Assembly (NCBI RefSeq): GCF_009914755.1
Contig: NC_060940.1
Reading direction: 5' to 3' (one strand)
From: the human T2T-CHM13v2.0 reference genome, Homo sapiens
DNA length: 64,000 bases
Shown here: positions 27,429 to 39,965 of the stretch, piece by piece
Layout of the letters: each line of letters opens with the position of its first letter
How positions within the stretch are numbered: the stretch's first letter is position 1
Made by a program: the position numbers and the translations under genes
Notes under the pieces: generated by a model
Database searches by the model: none
Told to the model about the DNA's origin: nothing
The model's input: only the letters and a program-made list of their open reading frames with translations

Positions 27429-27769
27429 CTACTCTGCCGCTTTTAAGCTGTGTGACCTTGAATTTGTCCCTTCTCTCCCTCAGCTGTGAAATGGTGTTCA
27501 TGGGGATAGCTGTAAAGAGAAAATGGAAGAATGACTCTAGGCTACCTGGCACAGAATGTTGGTTTCCTTTTTCTTTTTCCAAGGGCAATGTCTCCGAGGA
27601 TGGTATTAGATAATATCTAATTTTTTTTTCCATCCGCCACTGAGTGCAGACTCCTTAGAGGGTTTCAGATTCCCAGAGTTCTTGTGACCTGCTAAATCTA
27701 CTCTTTCATCCTGCTGTCTAATATTTCATTGTGCATCTTCGCAGGATGGAGTCTCCATAGCCTTCTATA

Positions 27770-28558
27770 CTTGTCATCTATTACCACAGTAGTGCCATGT
27801 AACAAGCAATCACAAAACTCCAGTGGTGTACAACAATCAACATTGATTCTTGTTCATGAATCCCTGGGTTGCTGACAGGGGCCACCATTGGCTGATCTCT
27901 TGCATCTGCATCAGCCGGGGTCCTCAGCTCTACTCCCTAGGGTTTCTTGTCCTCCGGCAGGCTAGCCTGGGCTAGTTCACATGGCCATGGCAGGGCTTGC
28001 ACAGAGTGAATGGATGCCCAGAAGAGCCCCAGAGGCCTGGGCTCAGAACTGGCACACTCTCACTTCCATAGCAAGTTTCAAGGCCAGCTCAGTTTCAAGC
28101 CAGCAAGTTTCATAGGCAGCCCAGTTTCACGGGGTGAGGACATAAACTCTGCCTCTTTTTTGATTGTTTATTTGTTTTAGAGAGAGGGTCTTGCAGGCTG
28201 GAGTGCAGCGACATCATCATAGCTCACTGCAGCCTTGAACTCCTGGGCTCAAGGGATCCTCCTGCCTGCCCCTCCTGAGTAGCTGAGACTAAAGGTGCAC
28301 ACCATCATGTCCAGCTGTTTTTTTTTTTTTTTTAATTTTTGTAGAGATTGGGTCTTGCTATCTTGCCCAAACTGGTCTCAAACTCCTGGCCTCAAGCAAT
28401 CCTCACACCTCAGCCCTCCAAAGTGCTGGGATTATAGGTGTGACCCACTGCACCCAGCCAAACTCTGCTTCTTGATGGGAGAAGTTCAGAGTCCCATGGC
28501 ATAGGAAAAGGATTCAGAGAATGAAAGAATTGTGACAAATGTTGGCAAGCAATCTACT
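27770..28558 (-). mobile_element. MLT1-type MaLR LTR interrupted by Alu
   Basis: gtaacaagcaatcacaaaactccagtgg...ggcctgggctcagaactggcacact motifs. Confidence 0.65.
28158..28459 (-). mobile_element. AluJ-type SINE
   Basis: Reverse Alu; TSD aaactctgc(c/t)tctt. Confidence 0.9.
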
Positions 28559-29394
28559 ATTTATTCTTTCTCCTCCTTAAGTTTCTTTGGTTTTGAGAAG
28601 GTGACTAAGACGCTGGAAAGAATGATATGCTTGAACTAGAGACAGAAGCATTTGCATTCTAACCCCAGCCCTACCACATGTATTACTCAGCCTTTCTTAA
28701 CCTCAATTTTCTTGTCTATAAAGTGGTGTCAAACATAAGAACTGCTGACCTCCTCTCTTATCCCCTTTACTCCTTTGGGACATGTCCAACCTTCTGGTGT
28801 TAGTAAGAGCAGGAAGAAAATTTTAAGCAGTAGATTGTCAAAATCACTGCCTGGTGGTGCCCTGAGAGGCAAGGATTGACTCTAGGCTGTGCGTCTCAGA
28901 TCCCAGGTCAACCATGACCCCAATGTTCAAAGCTAAGTACAAGGCCACAGATCACCGGGAAGATGGTCTTTCACCATTTCCTGTGAACACATTTCTCCAG
29001 GAGGCTATGCCAGTGTTGAAAAGGACTAGTCAATGGGGATAAGCAAGTTCATTATTTATTTCCATCCCATTTTTTTCCCTAAAGTTTGTGGGAGATGCCA
29101 AAAATACATGCCATGCCAAGTTATCTCAAGGTAACTTTTATACATAACCCAAATGTTTTCCCTCCTGCCCTCCTTTCCTATCTCCCTTCTCCCAAGATGG
29201 CATTCACTAGGCACACACAGTTCTTTCTTGACTTCCTGTTTATTTCATTTTCATTTTCTCATTATAATGTTATTATCCTAAAGTGAGGATCCTATTACTG
29301 GGGCAACCAGACATGGTGCCTGTGTGGATTCAGTCTTTACTGAGACCTCAGTTTTCCTAGGTCTCAGTAAAGAAAGATTTTCCTAAAATCTAGG

Positions 29395-30275
29395 ACTCAG
29401 AAACAGGAAGTCAAATATTGCATGTTCTCAGCTAAATAGTGTATGCACATGAATATAGGGCATGGAAAGATAGACATTGGAGGCTCAGAAGAGTGAGAAT
29501 GTGGGAGGGGCTGAGGGATGATAGACTTTGGAGACGCAGAACAGTGGGAATGTGGGAGGGGCTGAGGGATGATAGACATTGGAGACTCAGAAGAATAGGA
29601 ATGTGGGAAGGGCTAAGGGATGATAGACATTGGAGACTCAGAGGAGTGAGAATGTGGGAGGGGCTGAGGGATGATAGACATTGGAGACTCAGAAGAGTGG
29701 GAATGTGGGAGGGGCTAAGGGATGATAGACACTGGAGACTCAGAAGAGTGGGAATGTGGGAGGGGCTGAGGGATGATAGACATTGGAGACTCAGAACAGT
29801 GGGAATGTGGGAGGGGCTGAGGGATGATAGACATTGGAGACTCAGAAGAATAGGAATGTGGGAAGGGCTAAGGGATGATAGACATTGGAGACTCAGAGGA
29901 GTGAGAATGTGGGAGGGGCTGAGGGATGATAGACATTGGAGACTCGGAAGAGTGGGAATGTGGGAGGGGCTAAGGGATGATAGACACTGGAGACTTAGAA
30001 GAGTGGGAATGTGGGAGCGGCTGAGGGATGATAGACATTGGAGACTCAGAACAGTGGGAATGTGGGAGGGGCTGAGGGATGATAGACACTGGAGACTCAG
30101 AAGAGTGAGAATGTGGGAGGGTCTGAGGTATGATAAATTACTTAATGGATACAACGTACACTATTCGGGTGATGGTTACACTAAAATCCCAGACTTCACC
30201 ACTTCACAATATATCCATGTAACAGAACTGCACTTCTACTCCCTAAATTCATACAAGTTTAAAAATAAGAAAAAC
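29395..30275 (+). mobile_element. L1PB-type 3' end (L1PB4-like) carrying an expanded minisatellite
   Basis: gcatgttctca...; aaattacttaatgg.tacaa.gtacactattcgggtgatggttacactaaaa.cccagacttcaccact L1 3' UTR motifs. Confidence 0.8.
29469..30131 (+). repeat. Minisatellite, 13 x 51 bp (gatagacattggagactcagaagagtgggaatgtgggaggggctgagggat)
   Basis: Units start every 51 bp from 29469 to 30081. Confidence 0.95.
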
Positions 30276-31055
30276 ACATTTAAAATCCACTCTTGCTGTC
30301 AAAGAACAAAAAAGCATCCCACAATTCTGCCTACCGTTGTTGCTTATTTTGTCTTTCTACAAATAAGACTTAATCGACCTCTATGGTCTCTCCTGAACAT
30401 GCTCACATAATTCATTTTACTTTCATTCAGCAGCCACAATACCTATCTCCTCATCTAAGCGGACTCCCCTCTGATCAATACTGCCCACTCAAAACCTACT
30501 TTGTGGGGTTGGGGTGGGGTTAAACGGATAACACATTTAAACTCTTCGTACGCTCCTCAGCATACAGTAAGCAACTCAGTAAAGATTAACTACAGTATTC
30601 CCATTAACATTAATACTAATGTTAATATTAGTATGTTATCACCCTCACTAGAGCGTTTTTGTTGTTCTTATTTCGACACCCTTTGTCCTATTTCCAAGAC
30701 AAAAAGCCTCCTCTCACCCCACTATCTATAATCCTCCCCTCTCAGTAGATGCCCCTCACCTCTGACCAGGTTAACCAGGTCAAGGGACTGTTACTAACTA
30801 ATTTGGCAAAGAAGCTTCTGGGGCAAGTCCAGGGAGGAAGAGAGGAGACTTGCATGGTTTGAATGTTTGTCCCTTCCAAAACTCATGCTGAAATTTAATT
30901 CCCAATGTGGCAGTATTGAGGGGTGGGACTTTTAAGAGGTGATTGGATCATGAGGGCTCTGTCCTCATAAATGGATTAATCCATTCATGGATCAATGGGT
31001 TAATGGATTAATGGATTATCATGAGAAGAGAAATGGTGGCTTTAAGAGGAAGAGA

Positions 31056-31530
31056 CCAGGAGTTCAAGACCAGTCTGGGCAACATAGGGAGACCTCGTCT
31101 CCACAAAATTTTTTTTTTAATTAGCGGGGTGTGGTGATGTGTCCCCATAGTCCCACCTACTCAGGAGTTGGAAGCGAGAGGATTGCTTGAGCCCAGGAGT
31201 TTGAGGCTGCAGTGAGCTATGATCGAGCCACTGCACTACAGCCTAGGTGACAGAGCAAGATCCTGTCTTTACACAAAGGCATAAGAATGATATAATCGAC
31301 TTTGGGGACTTGGGAGAAAAGGTGGGAGGGGAGTAAGGCATAAAAGACAACACATTGGATACAGTGTACACAGCTCAGATGAAGAGTGCACCAAAATCTC
31401 AGAAATCACCACTAAGGAACTTATTCATGTAACCAAATACCACCTGTTCCCCAAAAACCTATTGAAATTTTTAAAAAGACCCTGTCTCTTAAAAAAAGAA
31501 GAAGAAAAGGAAAGAAAGAAAGAAAAAGAG
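31056..31530 (+). mobile_element. 5'-truncated AluJ, split near its 3' end by L1PB
   Basis: Alu body 31056-31270, tail 31491-31530; TSD agaggaaga. Confidence 0.8.
31271..31475 (+). mobile_element. L1PB 3' end (L1PB1/2-like)
   Basis: gactttggggacttggg...gtgcaccaaaatctcagaaatcaccactaag...cacctgttccccaaaaacctattgaaat; TSD aaga(t/c)cctgtct. Confidence 0.85.
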
Positions 31531-33424
31531 AGGAAGAAGGACCTGAGCTAGCACACTCAGCCCCCTCTCCATGTGATGTCCTGTGCTGCCTGGGGACTCT
31601 ACAGAGTCCCCACCAGCAAGAAGGCCCTCATCAGATGCAGCACCCTCAACCTTGGACTTCTCAGCCTCCATAACTGTAAGAAATATATTTCTTTTCTTTA
31701 TAAATTACTCAGTTTCAGGTATTATGTTATAAGCAAAAGAAAACAGACTAATACAAGACCTCACCCCATACTTTGTCTGTTGACTCTTGACCCAAGCAGA
31801 GGCCAGCACCATAGGGAACAGGTAGTTCCAGGAAGGTACCTGTGGGTTTTCCTTCAGAACTAAGTTGAGGAACCCAGCAGCTGGTAGGAAAGGAATATGA
31901 CACAAATGCTCTGCTGGAAAAGCTATAAATAGGGAAAGTCAATGGAGTGGAAAAGAAAGCATTTAACAGCTAAGTGTTCTTTGCAACAGCAGGCTCACAC
32001 CTCATTTTATCAGACATTATTTACACAAAAGAAGGTGTGATCATGCTTATGGCATCATTAGGCATAGATTACTTCCTTAACTATGAATACAGAGCCCAGG
32101 GGAAGCAACTCCTGGAGAACTCCTCAAGGATACCCTGGAAAGCAAGTATAAGAGGCCTGGCCACTCCCTTAGTCAACCGGCAACTCCGTCATTATGCCCC
32201 ATCTATTGCTTCCTCTCTCATTTAGTTCTTATCCCTCCAATAATAAACACAGAGTGGATGGGAATCTCTGTCTCAAAAGTGTAGGGTGCAAGAATGGTCA
32301 CATCTCCTTATAAAAAAAAAAAAACTGCCAAATTTCCCATTCTGAACCTTATGGCACTAGCAGGAACTTCTGCCTCTGTCTCTTAGAGTGGCCCTCAGCT
32401 CAATGCATCTGTACTGCCAAAGATCCGGGATCTTATCCAGTGCCAAGGCATGGAGTGTGAGATCTATGGTGTCAATTACTCCTGAGAGTTCCATTCATCT
32501 GTGTGGTGCCTTCAGCTCCAAGTTCTGTCTGCTGCTTTCACCCCAGACATGGGACCCAAGGATCTTCGGCGAGGCTGGGGATCCAGGTCCCTGTGGTCTT
32601 ATGTCCATGGACACATCATGTACCATTTCTCCCTGGGGGCTTTCTGCCTGACTATTGCTCTGGGAACCCACTAGATACTCTCTCTTACCCCAGCCCAGAG
32701 GACATCTCTTTTTCTTAATCTCAGGGAAGTCTCTCTCTCTCTCCTTTCTGAGTCATCTAAGCCATTCCGCCTCCTCCCACAAACCTATCCTCTCATGTTT
32801 AAGTTTTCAGCAACAAAGACATAAATCTTGGGGGATACTTCTGCCTTCAGTCCTGACACATTCCTCCCTTAAAGCAATCAACCACCAAGCCAGCCACCTG
32901 CCTGCATGGAAGGAAGGAAAAGAGAGAAAATACAAATTAATGTCTCACAACAGTATCCAAGCAGTACCATTTGAGAAATTCTGATTATATATTCTATCTA
33001 CCCAGACAGTCTGTCTTTCTAGGAACACACTTAAGGCTATACATTCCGAGTGTTGATGGTCTGTTTAAAAAAAGCCTTGAAGATATTCACTCGCCCACCA
33101 ACTCCTCACTGGGTCAGCTTGGAGTGTGTAAGGTGGTTCAGGGAGAAGGCAGGTGGATGAGTTTTTGGGAGCGCAGATAGAGCTGGGCAGGATCCTGGTA
33201 GACTGACCTTGTCCTGCAGTTTGTGTCTCAAGTCATTTTCTCTGGGATGTGAGGAACCCCTCTGAAGAACAAAATCACCATGTTGCATATACTGAAACAC
33301 AACCACAATACAGTGACGACATGAAGCCATTGCCTACCTTGGTTTCCATTTAGTCACCAAATGGAAGAAAGTTAGTGGTTGCCTACTGCATGTCCAGATC
33401 TCTGCTGGAACCTGGGGAAGTGCC

Positions 33425-34215
33425 AAATGGTCATTCATTTTAAAATTTATTTAATTGATACTTTTTCATTTATTCAATTGATTATGACAAGCACTGTTCT
33501 AGGCTAGAGGGATATCACAGAAAACAAGATAGCCAAAGTGTCTCCTGGGCATAACCTTTTAGAGTAGAGGACATAGGATAAATAAATAGGCAAATAAATT
33601 GATGACATAAAGAAAAGAAAGAACAGTAGGGGGATACAGAAGGATGAGGGGCTGTATTTTACGTAGGCTGATCAGGGAAAGTCTCCCTGATGAGGTGACT
33701 TTAAGCAGAGATCAGGATGACAAGAAGATGGGAAGGGAATAACATTTCGGGCAGAGAGAGTAGCAAGTGGGATCGCACTGGGTGAATGAATAACTGAAAG
33801 GAAGCCCGTATGGCTGAGTGGCAAGTCCTGAGGACAAGAGGATAGGAGATGAGGTCAATGAGACATGAAAGGGCTGGAATCTGTAGAGCCTCTAGTCATT
33901 GCAGGAATTCTGACTCTCTTCTAAGTGCCATGAGAAACCATGAGAGAGTTTTAATCAGAAGAGTAACATGATTTGTTTCAGAAAGATCTCTCAAGTTCAG
34001 TGTGCAAAATGGATTGTAGGGGGAGAGATGAGCATGCGACCAAGGCCATCTGGGAGGCTGGGGCAGTGGTGCAGGCAGGAAATGATAGTGGCTTGGATCA
34101 GGGTGTGGGCAGCAGAGATGGAGAGAAAGGGACACATTCAGTATGTATTTTGGAGTTGGAGGCGGCAGGTCATGCTGAAGCACAGGATGTTGAGGAGGAG
34201 GGAAAGAAAGGAACC
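33425..34215 (-). mobile_element. L2 LINE 3' portion
   Basis: tcattcatt tail followed by gcactgttctagg..., gagagtaacatgatttg.tt motifs. Confidence 0.75.
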
Positions 34216-35054
34216 AAGCATATTTAAGACATTGTCCCTATTCTAGAGAAATCCACAGTAGATTACAAAAGACCCCTTCCCACACCCAGGCAAAGTAGAG
34301 GTCAAGGTCTCATCTATTTCACACTCACACATCTTTATTATTATCAGTCTCTAGTCTTTGCTCTAAGAAACTTCTGAAATCCTTTATTTTCTATTAAATG
34401 CCAAGGACCAGTTTCTTATTACCTGGCTTGGAACTTTCCAGAAAGATGTATGTTTACACGCCCTGGTTGCCTGCTCATGACAATCTAAAGCTTAGATTTC
34501 TACCCAGGTGGTCTCATGGGCTGGAAAAGACTTCCACCAAACTGGGATCTCTTTGGGTTTGAGGAAAAGCAGCCTCGGTAGTGGAAGGGATAGTGGTTGG
34601 ATTTCAACTCCAGCATCCCAATGACACCAGCCTCTGCACAAATTCTTCCCAGCGATGGTGAGCTCATTACCTCCAAATGGCTTTAATCACTTTGACTACT
34701 AGCTCAACTTCCCTGGTGAAAACTGTTCTGTGAACCAAATATGAGAGTTCATACATCTCTTACTTGAACTTATTTTTCTTCAATGCAAAAGGAGGTGGAA
34801 GAAGATCAGGAATTGAGGTCTTGAGAAGAAACAGAGATTGAATAGTCCCTGGACAGTGTCTTCCATTCTCTCTCAGTTTTGCTTCATTTACTAGATGACC
34901 CTTTCTGAGGGAAGATGAGAATAACCCTCTATACATGCAGTGATGACAAGGTGCATTAGTCAGCATAAGCCAGTTGCTGTAACAAACAATCTCAACATCT
35001 TAATAACAATAAAACTTTGTGTCTATCTTGCTTAAACCACAGTCTGTGGCAGGG

Positions 35055-35440
35055 TAAAGATGGCCAAACATTCTTTTTGGCCATTCTTTTGGTTGAGAGG
35101 GGAGATCCTTTTCCCTTCCCTGGAACCTATGATCAAATCTATGATTGATTGGATCAAAGAAATTTGTCAGAAGAGATGCTGTGCCCTTTTTAGGCCTTTA
35201 AGAGAGGCCAGACAGCCTCTGCTTGCACTCTTGAGGGGATGCTTTCCCCATGTGAGAAGTCAGATTACTCTGAAATTACCATATTGTGAGGAAGCTGAAG
35301 CCAGTCACAAAAAAGGCCACGTGAAAAGAAAGTGAGTAAGAGAAAGAGAGGTGCTGGCTGGCACCCAGCTGTTTCAGCCATCTCAGCACAACCCCCACAC
35401 ATGTGATGAGAGAAGCTATCTGGGACATTCCAGTCCACAT
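35055..35440 (+). mobile_element. MLT1-type MaLR LTR fragment
   Basis: agatggccaaacattcttt...gtgaggaagctgaagccag...ccagctgtttcagccat. Confidence 0.55.
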
Positions 35441-35610
35441 CTCTGTGCCTGTCTCCCTCATCCTAGCTCAAGCTTCAAGTAACCCCCAACACCATCTTTC
35501 TTGGCTATCACCCAGATAAGATGGCCCCAGCTTCTGTGAGCAGGAATTCAGACAACAGAGGCCTCATGAGAATAGCATGGGCTTCTTTAGCTTTGTAAAG
35601 ACAACATCTC

Positions 35611-35613
<3 letters not shown>

Positions 35614-35648
<35 letters not shown>
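35614..35648. repeat. (GT)n microsatellite
   Basis: Directly visible. Confidence 0.95.
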
Positions 35649-35649
<1 letters not shown>

Positions 35650-35959
35650 TGTTAATATGTGCAGGATGTCCAGAGGTCAGAGGTAACCCCAGCAAAACCC
35701 CCAGGAAAACCATGATACACAAACTTGCTGTTTTTTTTTTTTTTCAAAATTGCTCTATTTTATTTTATTTTATTTTATTTTTTTGCCCACAGCTTTATTC
35801 AAAATTTCTTTCTTATAGACACTTTGGTTGCTTTTCCAACCAAATTATTATATTAGCCATGGGTAATTCACTTCCCAATTGGTCTCTGTTGCTCACATTA
35901 ACAATTCTTACTATTTAGTTACTGAGTTCTATTGGGTGCATTGCAGTGACTAGCTACAG

Positions 35960-36185
35960 AGCATGCTGTTAAGACCCAAACTCAAAAACCCAAATTGCCT
36001 AGGTTTGAATTCAGGCCATGCCACTTATTACCTGCGGGACCTTGAACAAGTTACTTGACTTCTCTGGTTCTCAGTTCTTCATCTGGAAATGTGGATAATA
36101 AGACTACCTACTTCACAGAGTTACTGTAGGGATCAAATGAATTAATATATATCAAGCAGTTAGTACGGTGTCTGGCACAAATATT
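35960..36185 (+). mobile_element. MIR SINE
   Basis: ggtttgaattc...gaccttgaacaagttacttgacttctctg..tctcagtt core. Confidence 0.75.
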
Positions 36186-36519
36186 AACTTTTATTGATAA
36201 TGTGAATGTGACCAGCAAGGATGAGGTGCTGAGTTGTGATTGGTTGAACTGGCTTAGAATCTGATCGATCCTAATGTCCATGAGTGTTGGTGGTTCTTAG
36301 ATTGGGTTCCCTAGGAGCCTCAAAATAATGATTCATCTGAAGGTAATTTACTAGGCATGCTCTTAGGAAAAGCCTGCAGGGGAGTAGAAAGTAGGACTGG
36401 GAAGGGAAGGAATGAAGTCAGGATGTGGCATCAAGCAGAGTAGATTCTGCTTATGCAGCAGAACCTAATCCTAACAAAACAATGATGCATGGTCACAGCT
36501 CTGTGAACTCCACTGTATC

Positions 36520-36874
36520 TGTATTAGTTAGGTTTCATGCTGCTGATAGACACATATCTGAGACTGGGTAATTTATAAAGAAAAAGAGGTTTAATGGACT
36601 CACAGCTCCACGTGGCTGGGGAGGCCTCACAATCATGGCAGAAGGTGAAGGGCATGTCTTATGTGGCAGCAGGCAAGAGAGAATGAGAGCCAAGAAAAAG
36701 GGGTTTTCCCTTATAAAGCTTTCATGAGACTTATTCACTACCATGAGAACTGTATGGGGAAAACTGCCCCCACGATTCAATTATCTCCCACTGGGTCCCT
36801 CCCACAACAGGTGGGAATTATGGGAGCTACAATTCAATATGAGATTTGGGTGGGGACACAGCCAAACCATATCA
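36520..36874 (-). mobile_element. THE1B-type MaLR solo LTR
   Basis: tgtattagt...gagactgggtaatttataaagaaaaagaggtttaatggactcacag...gagatttgggtggggacacagccaaaccatatca. Confidence 0.9.
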
Positions 36875-37829
36875 ATATTTCAACTTCACTATGTCTTAAT
36901 ATTACTCTAGTTAACCTTTATTGAGCAAATGTCATGTGCCAGGCTCCATGCTAAGTGATTTACATACATTATCTCATCTAATTTTCCCAACCTGATGAGC
37001 TATTACATAATACGTCCTAACAGGTAAATGATACATCAACATTTTCATTTGTTTTATGTAAATATCTAATGATGTTGAGTTTATTAGATTCTGCAGATGA
37101 AATATCCCCAGACACATTGTCATCTTCTAAATAATGCTGAGAAGATATGTACATTTATATATTGGCCAACACACACTTCTCTAGTGCAATGAAATTTGAA
37201 CCACAGTGATGTGCAATTGCAGATTCTTCATTCTTAAAAGAGGCTAAAAACATCTAATTGTAATGAAGTTTGATGCCCATGATTTGGCAAGGCCCAAGGC
37301 CAGTGATGCCCTGAAGGTTTCATGCTGTGCACTAATTGATCAGAGTGTGGAGCACCAAATTGAGTCTATCTAGGCTTAGCGGGAACGATTGTGTGGATCG
37401 ATTAGTCCTCTGCATGGCTTAGGATCGGCAGCAAACTGTGTGTGCCAATCCTGTAACAGCAACAACTCGAGGAAGCTACTTTATAATTCCATTTTGCGGA
37501 TGAGGAAACTGAGGCCCAAAGAAATAATTTTCCTAAAGTCACAGTTAGTAAGAGGCAAAGCTTGAATCACCCCTAAGAGTGTTGGGTGCAGGGCTGATGC
37601 TGGCAGCTCTCATGTTATTATGACAGCACCCCCTAATGTGACACCAACCCCTGTCTGGACCTTCAGCAGAAACGGGATAATGAGGGCTGCTTCTGGTTGG
37701 AGTTGCAGCCCCTTTCAGCTCCAGAATCCAAGTTCCACTTTTCTGAGCCCATCCTCCAAACACTTCCAACCACCCCAAGAGTTCCTAGGATCTGGGGGCT
37801 CCAGGTGGAGTCTCCTCCTTCCCCAGCAT

Positions 37830-38400
37830 TCCGCGGGACTGGGAGGACTTGTCGTGGCCTGGCTTCCAGAGCATGCCTTTTGGCATGGCCGATCCCCAGC
37901 GGACCCTCCACCCCGACCGCACTGCACTCAGGGTCGTGCAGGTCCAGCACTCCAGTCCTGTCCTCCCCGGGTGAGGATTGATCCCGGCGCTTCCCTCAGC
38001 CACCTCTGTCGAGAGATGCAATTTACCACCAGCTCGGAGGTCACCGTAGAGGAACCCGGCCGCCTGCAGGCGCTTTTCTGCTGCTGCAAAAACCACTGAA
38101 AGGGCCACTTTGTGAGCCGCAGCGCTGCTTTCACAATCAGAGGAGCAGCCATGGGTCCGCAAGCTCTGGAGCCTCCTTGCGACTCCCCAGTAGGCTCGAA
38201 ATCCCAGAAACCTCGGCTGCACCCCGCTCCGCGCATTCAGGAGAGGCTATGCCAGGACTGGCGGGCAGAGCGCAGCCTGCACGCGCGCCCCATGGCGCAG
38301 GATGGGGAGGAAGACGCCACAGAGACCTGCCGACACTCGTCATCCCTAAGCTGCCTGCACCCCTGCTTTGGGCCAGGCATGCCTGAGCGACTCACTCCCC
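37830..38400. promoter_or_regulatory. Orphan CpG island-like element
   Basis: About 36 CpGs counted in 37801-38400, GC above 60%, not recognisably repeat-derived. Confidence 0.7.
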
Positions 38401-38794
38401 TTTCGATCTTTGTATTAATAGCAGCTCTGTGAGGGAGCAGGTACTGTTACTATCGTGCCCATTTCTCAGAGGGCAAAACTGAGGCTCTGGGAAGTTAAAT
38501 GACTTTCCGGAGGTTTCTCAGCAGGAAGGAGCAAAAACCTGGATTTAAACTCGAATAGTTCAACTCCAGAACCAATGGTTTTAAGGTAATCCCGGGTGAC
38601 TCCACAGCACCCACAGTTTGATAAAGTCACGATTTCAGCCTCAAAAGCCAACTGCACAGGGATCATGCGCCACGTGGCTTAACAGCAACAAAGGTGACAG
38701 ATCCTTGGCCATAAGCCCTTCCCACTCTGGTCGCCTGTTCAACTGCGCCACCTACAGGTTGAGTTGCTCACTGTTTCTTTGGAGCCACATGGAG

Positions 38795-39965
38795 TTCGTT
38801 CATTCCTTCCTTCGTTCGTTCGTTCATTCATTCATTCATTCATTCATTTGACGTGTCATTCCACAGACATTTATTAATTTCTGTTCTGAGCCAGGAGCAC
38901 GGAACTGGGCAGGATGCTGGGGTACAAAAGATGTCTATAGTCTAGCACAGGAGACAGACAAACTACCATAATACAGGATCAACTGATAGTGAAAAGGGAG
39001 AGAAGGAAGGAGGGCTGCCTGGAGGAGCAGTCTTTTCAGTTAAGATCTGAAGGATGAGTAGAAGTTATCCAGGCAAAGTATGGTCAAGAAGTGTGTACCA
39101 GGGCCAGGCACAGTGGCTCACGCCTGTAATCCCAGCACTTTCAGAGGCCAAGGCGGGAGGATGACTTGATGCCAGAAGTTCCAGACCAGACTGGGTGACA
39201 CAGTAAGATCCTGCCTCTACAAAACAAATTTTTAAAAAATTAGCCAAGCATAGTGGCTCACATCTGTGGTCCTAGTTATTCAGGAGGCTGAAGTGGGAGG
39301 ATCACTTGAGCCCAGGAGTTGGAGGCTACAGTGAGCTATGATTGTACCACTGCACTCCAGCCTAGGTGACAGAGCAAGACCCTGTCAAAAGAAAGAAAAG
39401 GAAAGAAGGAAGGAAGAAAGGAGGGGAAGGAGGGGAAAGAGGGGAAGGAAGGAAGGAAGGAAGGAAGGAAGGAAAGAAGGACAGAAGGAAGGAAGGGAGG
39501 GAGGGAGGAAGGAAGGAAGAGAAATATGTTCCAGGCAGAAGAAACAGCATGGATGAAGACCCCAGGGTGAGCACAGACACAGCACAGACTCTCAGTCCTC
39601 AGTTATAAGAGGAACCAAGCCAAGTTCCACGTGACTGACACACAAAGTAAGAGATGCCAATGAGTGGCTTCCATGTTTTCTGTCATCTCACTGCCTCCAT
39701 TATTTGAGATGGCCAATCGAGGTTGTCTCAGCCTTATGCAAAGCATAATGCAAGTATAGTTTGAGGCAAGGGTGCAGTCATAGCTCATGGTAACCTCAAA
39801 ACAGCCTGCCTTCTACACAGGAAAACCTGAGCCCCCTCTGGAGAGAGGAAGAGTGGTAAGAAGTGGTGGGGGAGGAGAGCAGCTCATAATGGGTCTTGCA
39901 AGTCAGGTTAGCTCATTTGGCCTTTTTTGAGCAAATGGCAAATGGCAAATCATTAAATGTGTGGT
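38795..39965 (-). mobile_element. L2 3' portion with (TTCA)n tail, interrupted by Alu
   Basis: ttcattcattcatt...acagacatttatt...ggatgctgggg. Confidence 0.65.
39102..39520 (+). mobile_element. AluJ-type SINE with (GGAA)n-expanded tail (39388-39520)
   Basis: Alu dimer and GA-rich tail. Confidence 0.9.

Larger units (their letters stand above)
30851..31755 (+). mobile_element. MSTB-type MaLR solo LTR with nested Alu and L1
   Basis: tgcatggtttgaatgtttgtcc ... gactaataca; 5 bp TSD agact/agacc. Confidence 0.85.

Noticed and set aside
29469-30131. CRISPR-like regular array
   Set aside because: Units are contiguous near-identical repeats with no unique spacers, in a primate genome with no cas genes.
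29439-30410. 323 aa (+) and 240 aa (-) ORFs
   Set aside because: Open only because the 51 bp unit is a multiple of 3 and stop-free; derived from L1 3' UTR, no coding evidence.
36612-36624. PRDM9 hotspot motif in THE1B
   Set aside because: Reads CCTCCCCAGCCAC on the minus strand, lacking the T of the CCTCCCTAGCCAC hotspot-associated variant.
37620-38432. Several overlapping 95-159 aa ORFs in the CpG island
   Set aside because: Expected from high GC content; no recognisable domain or consistent exon structure.
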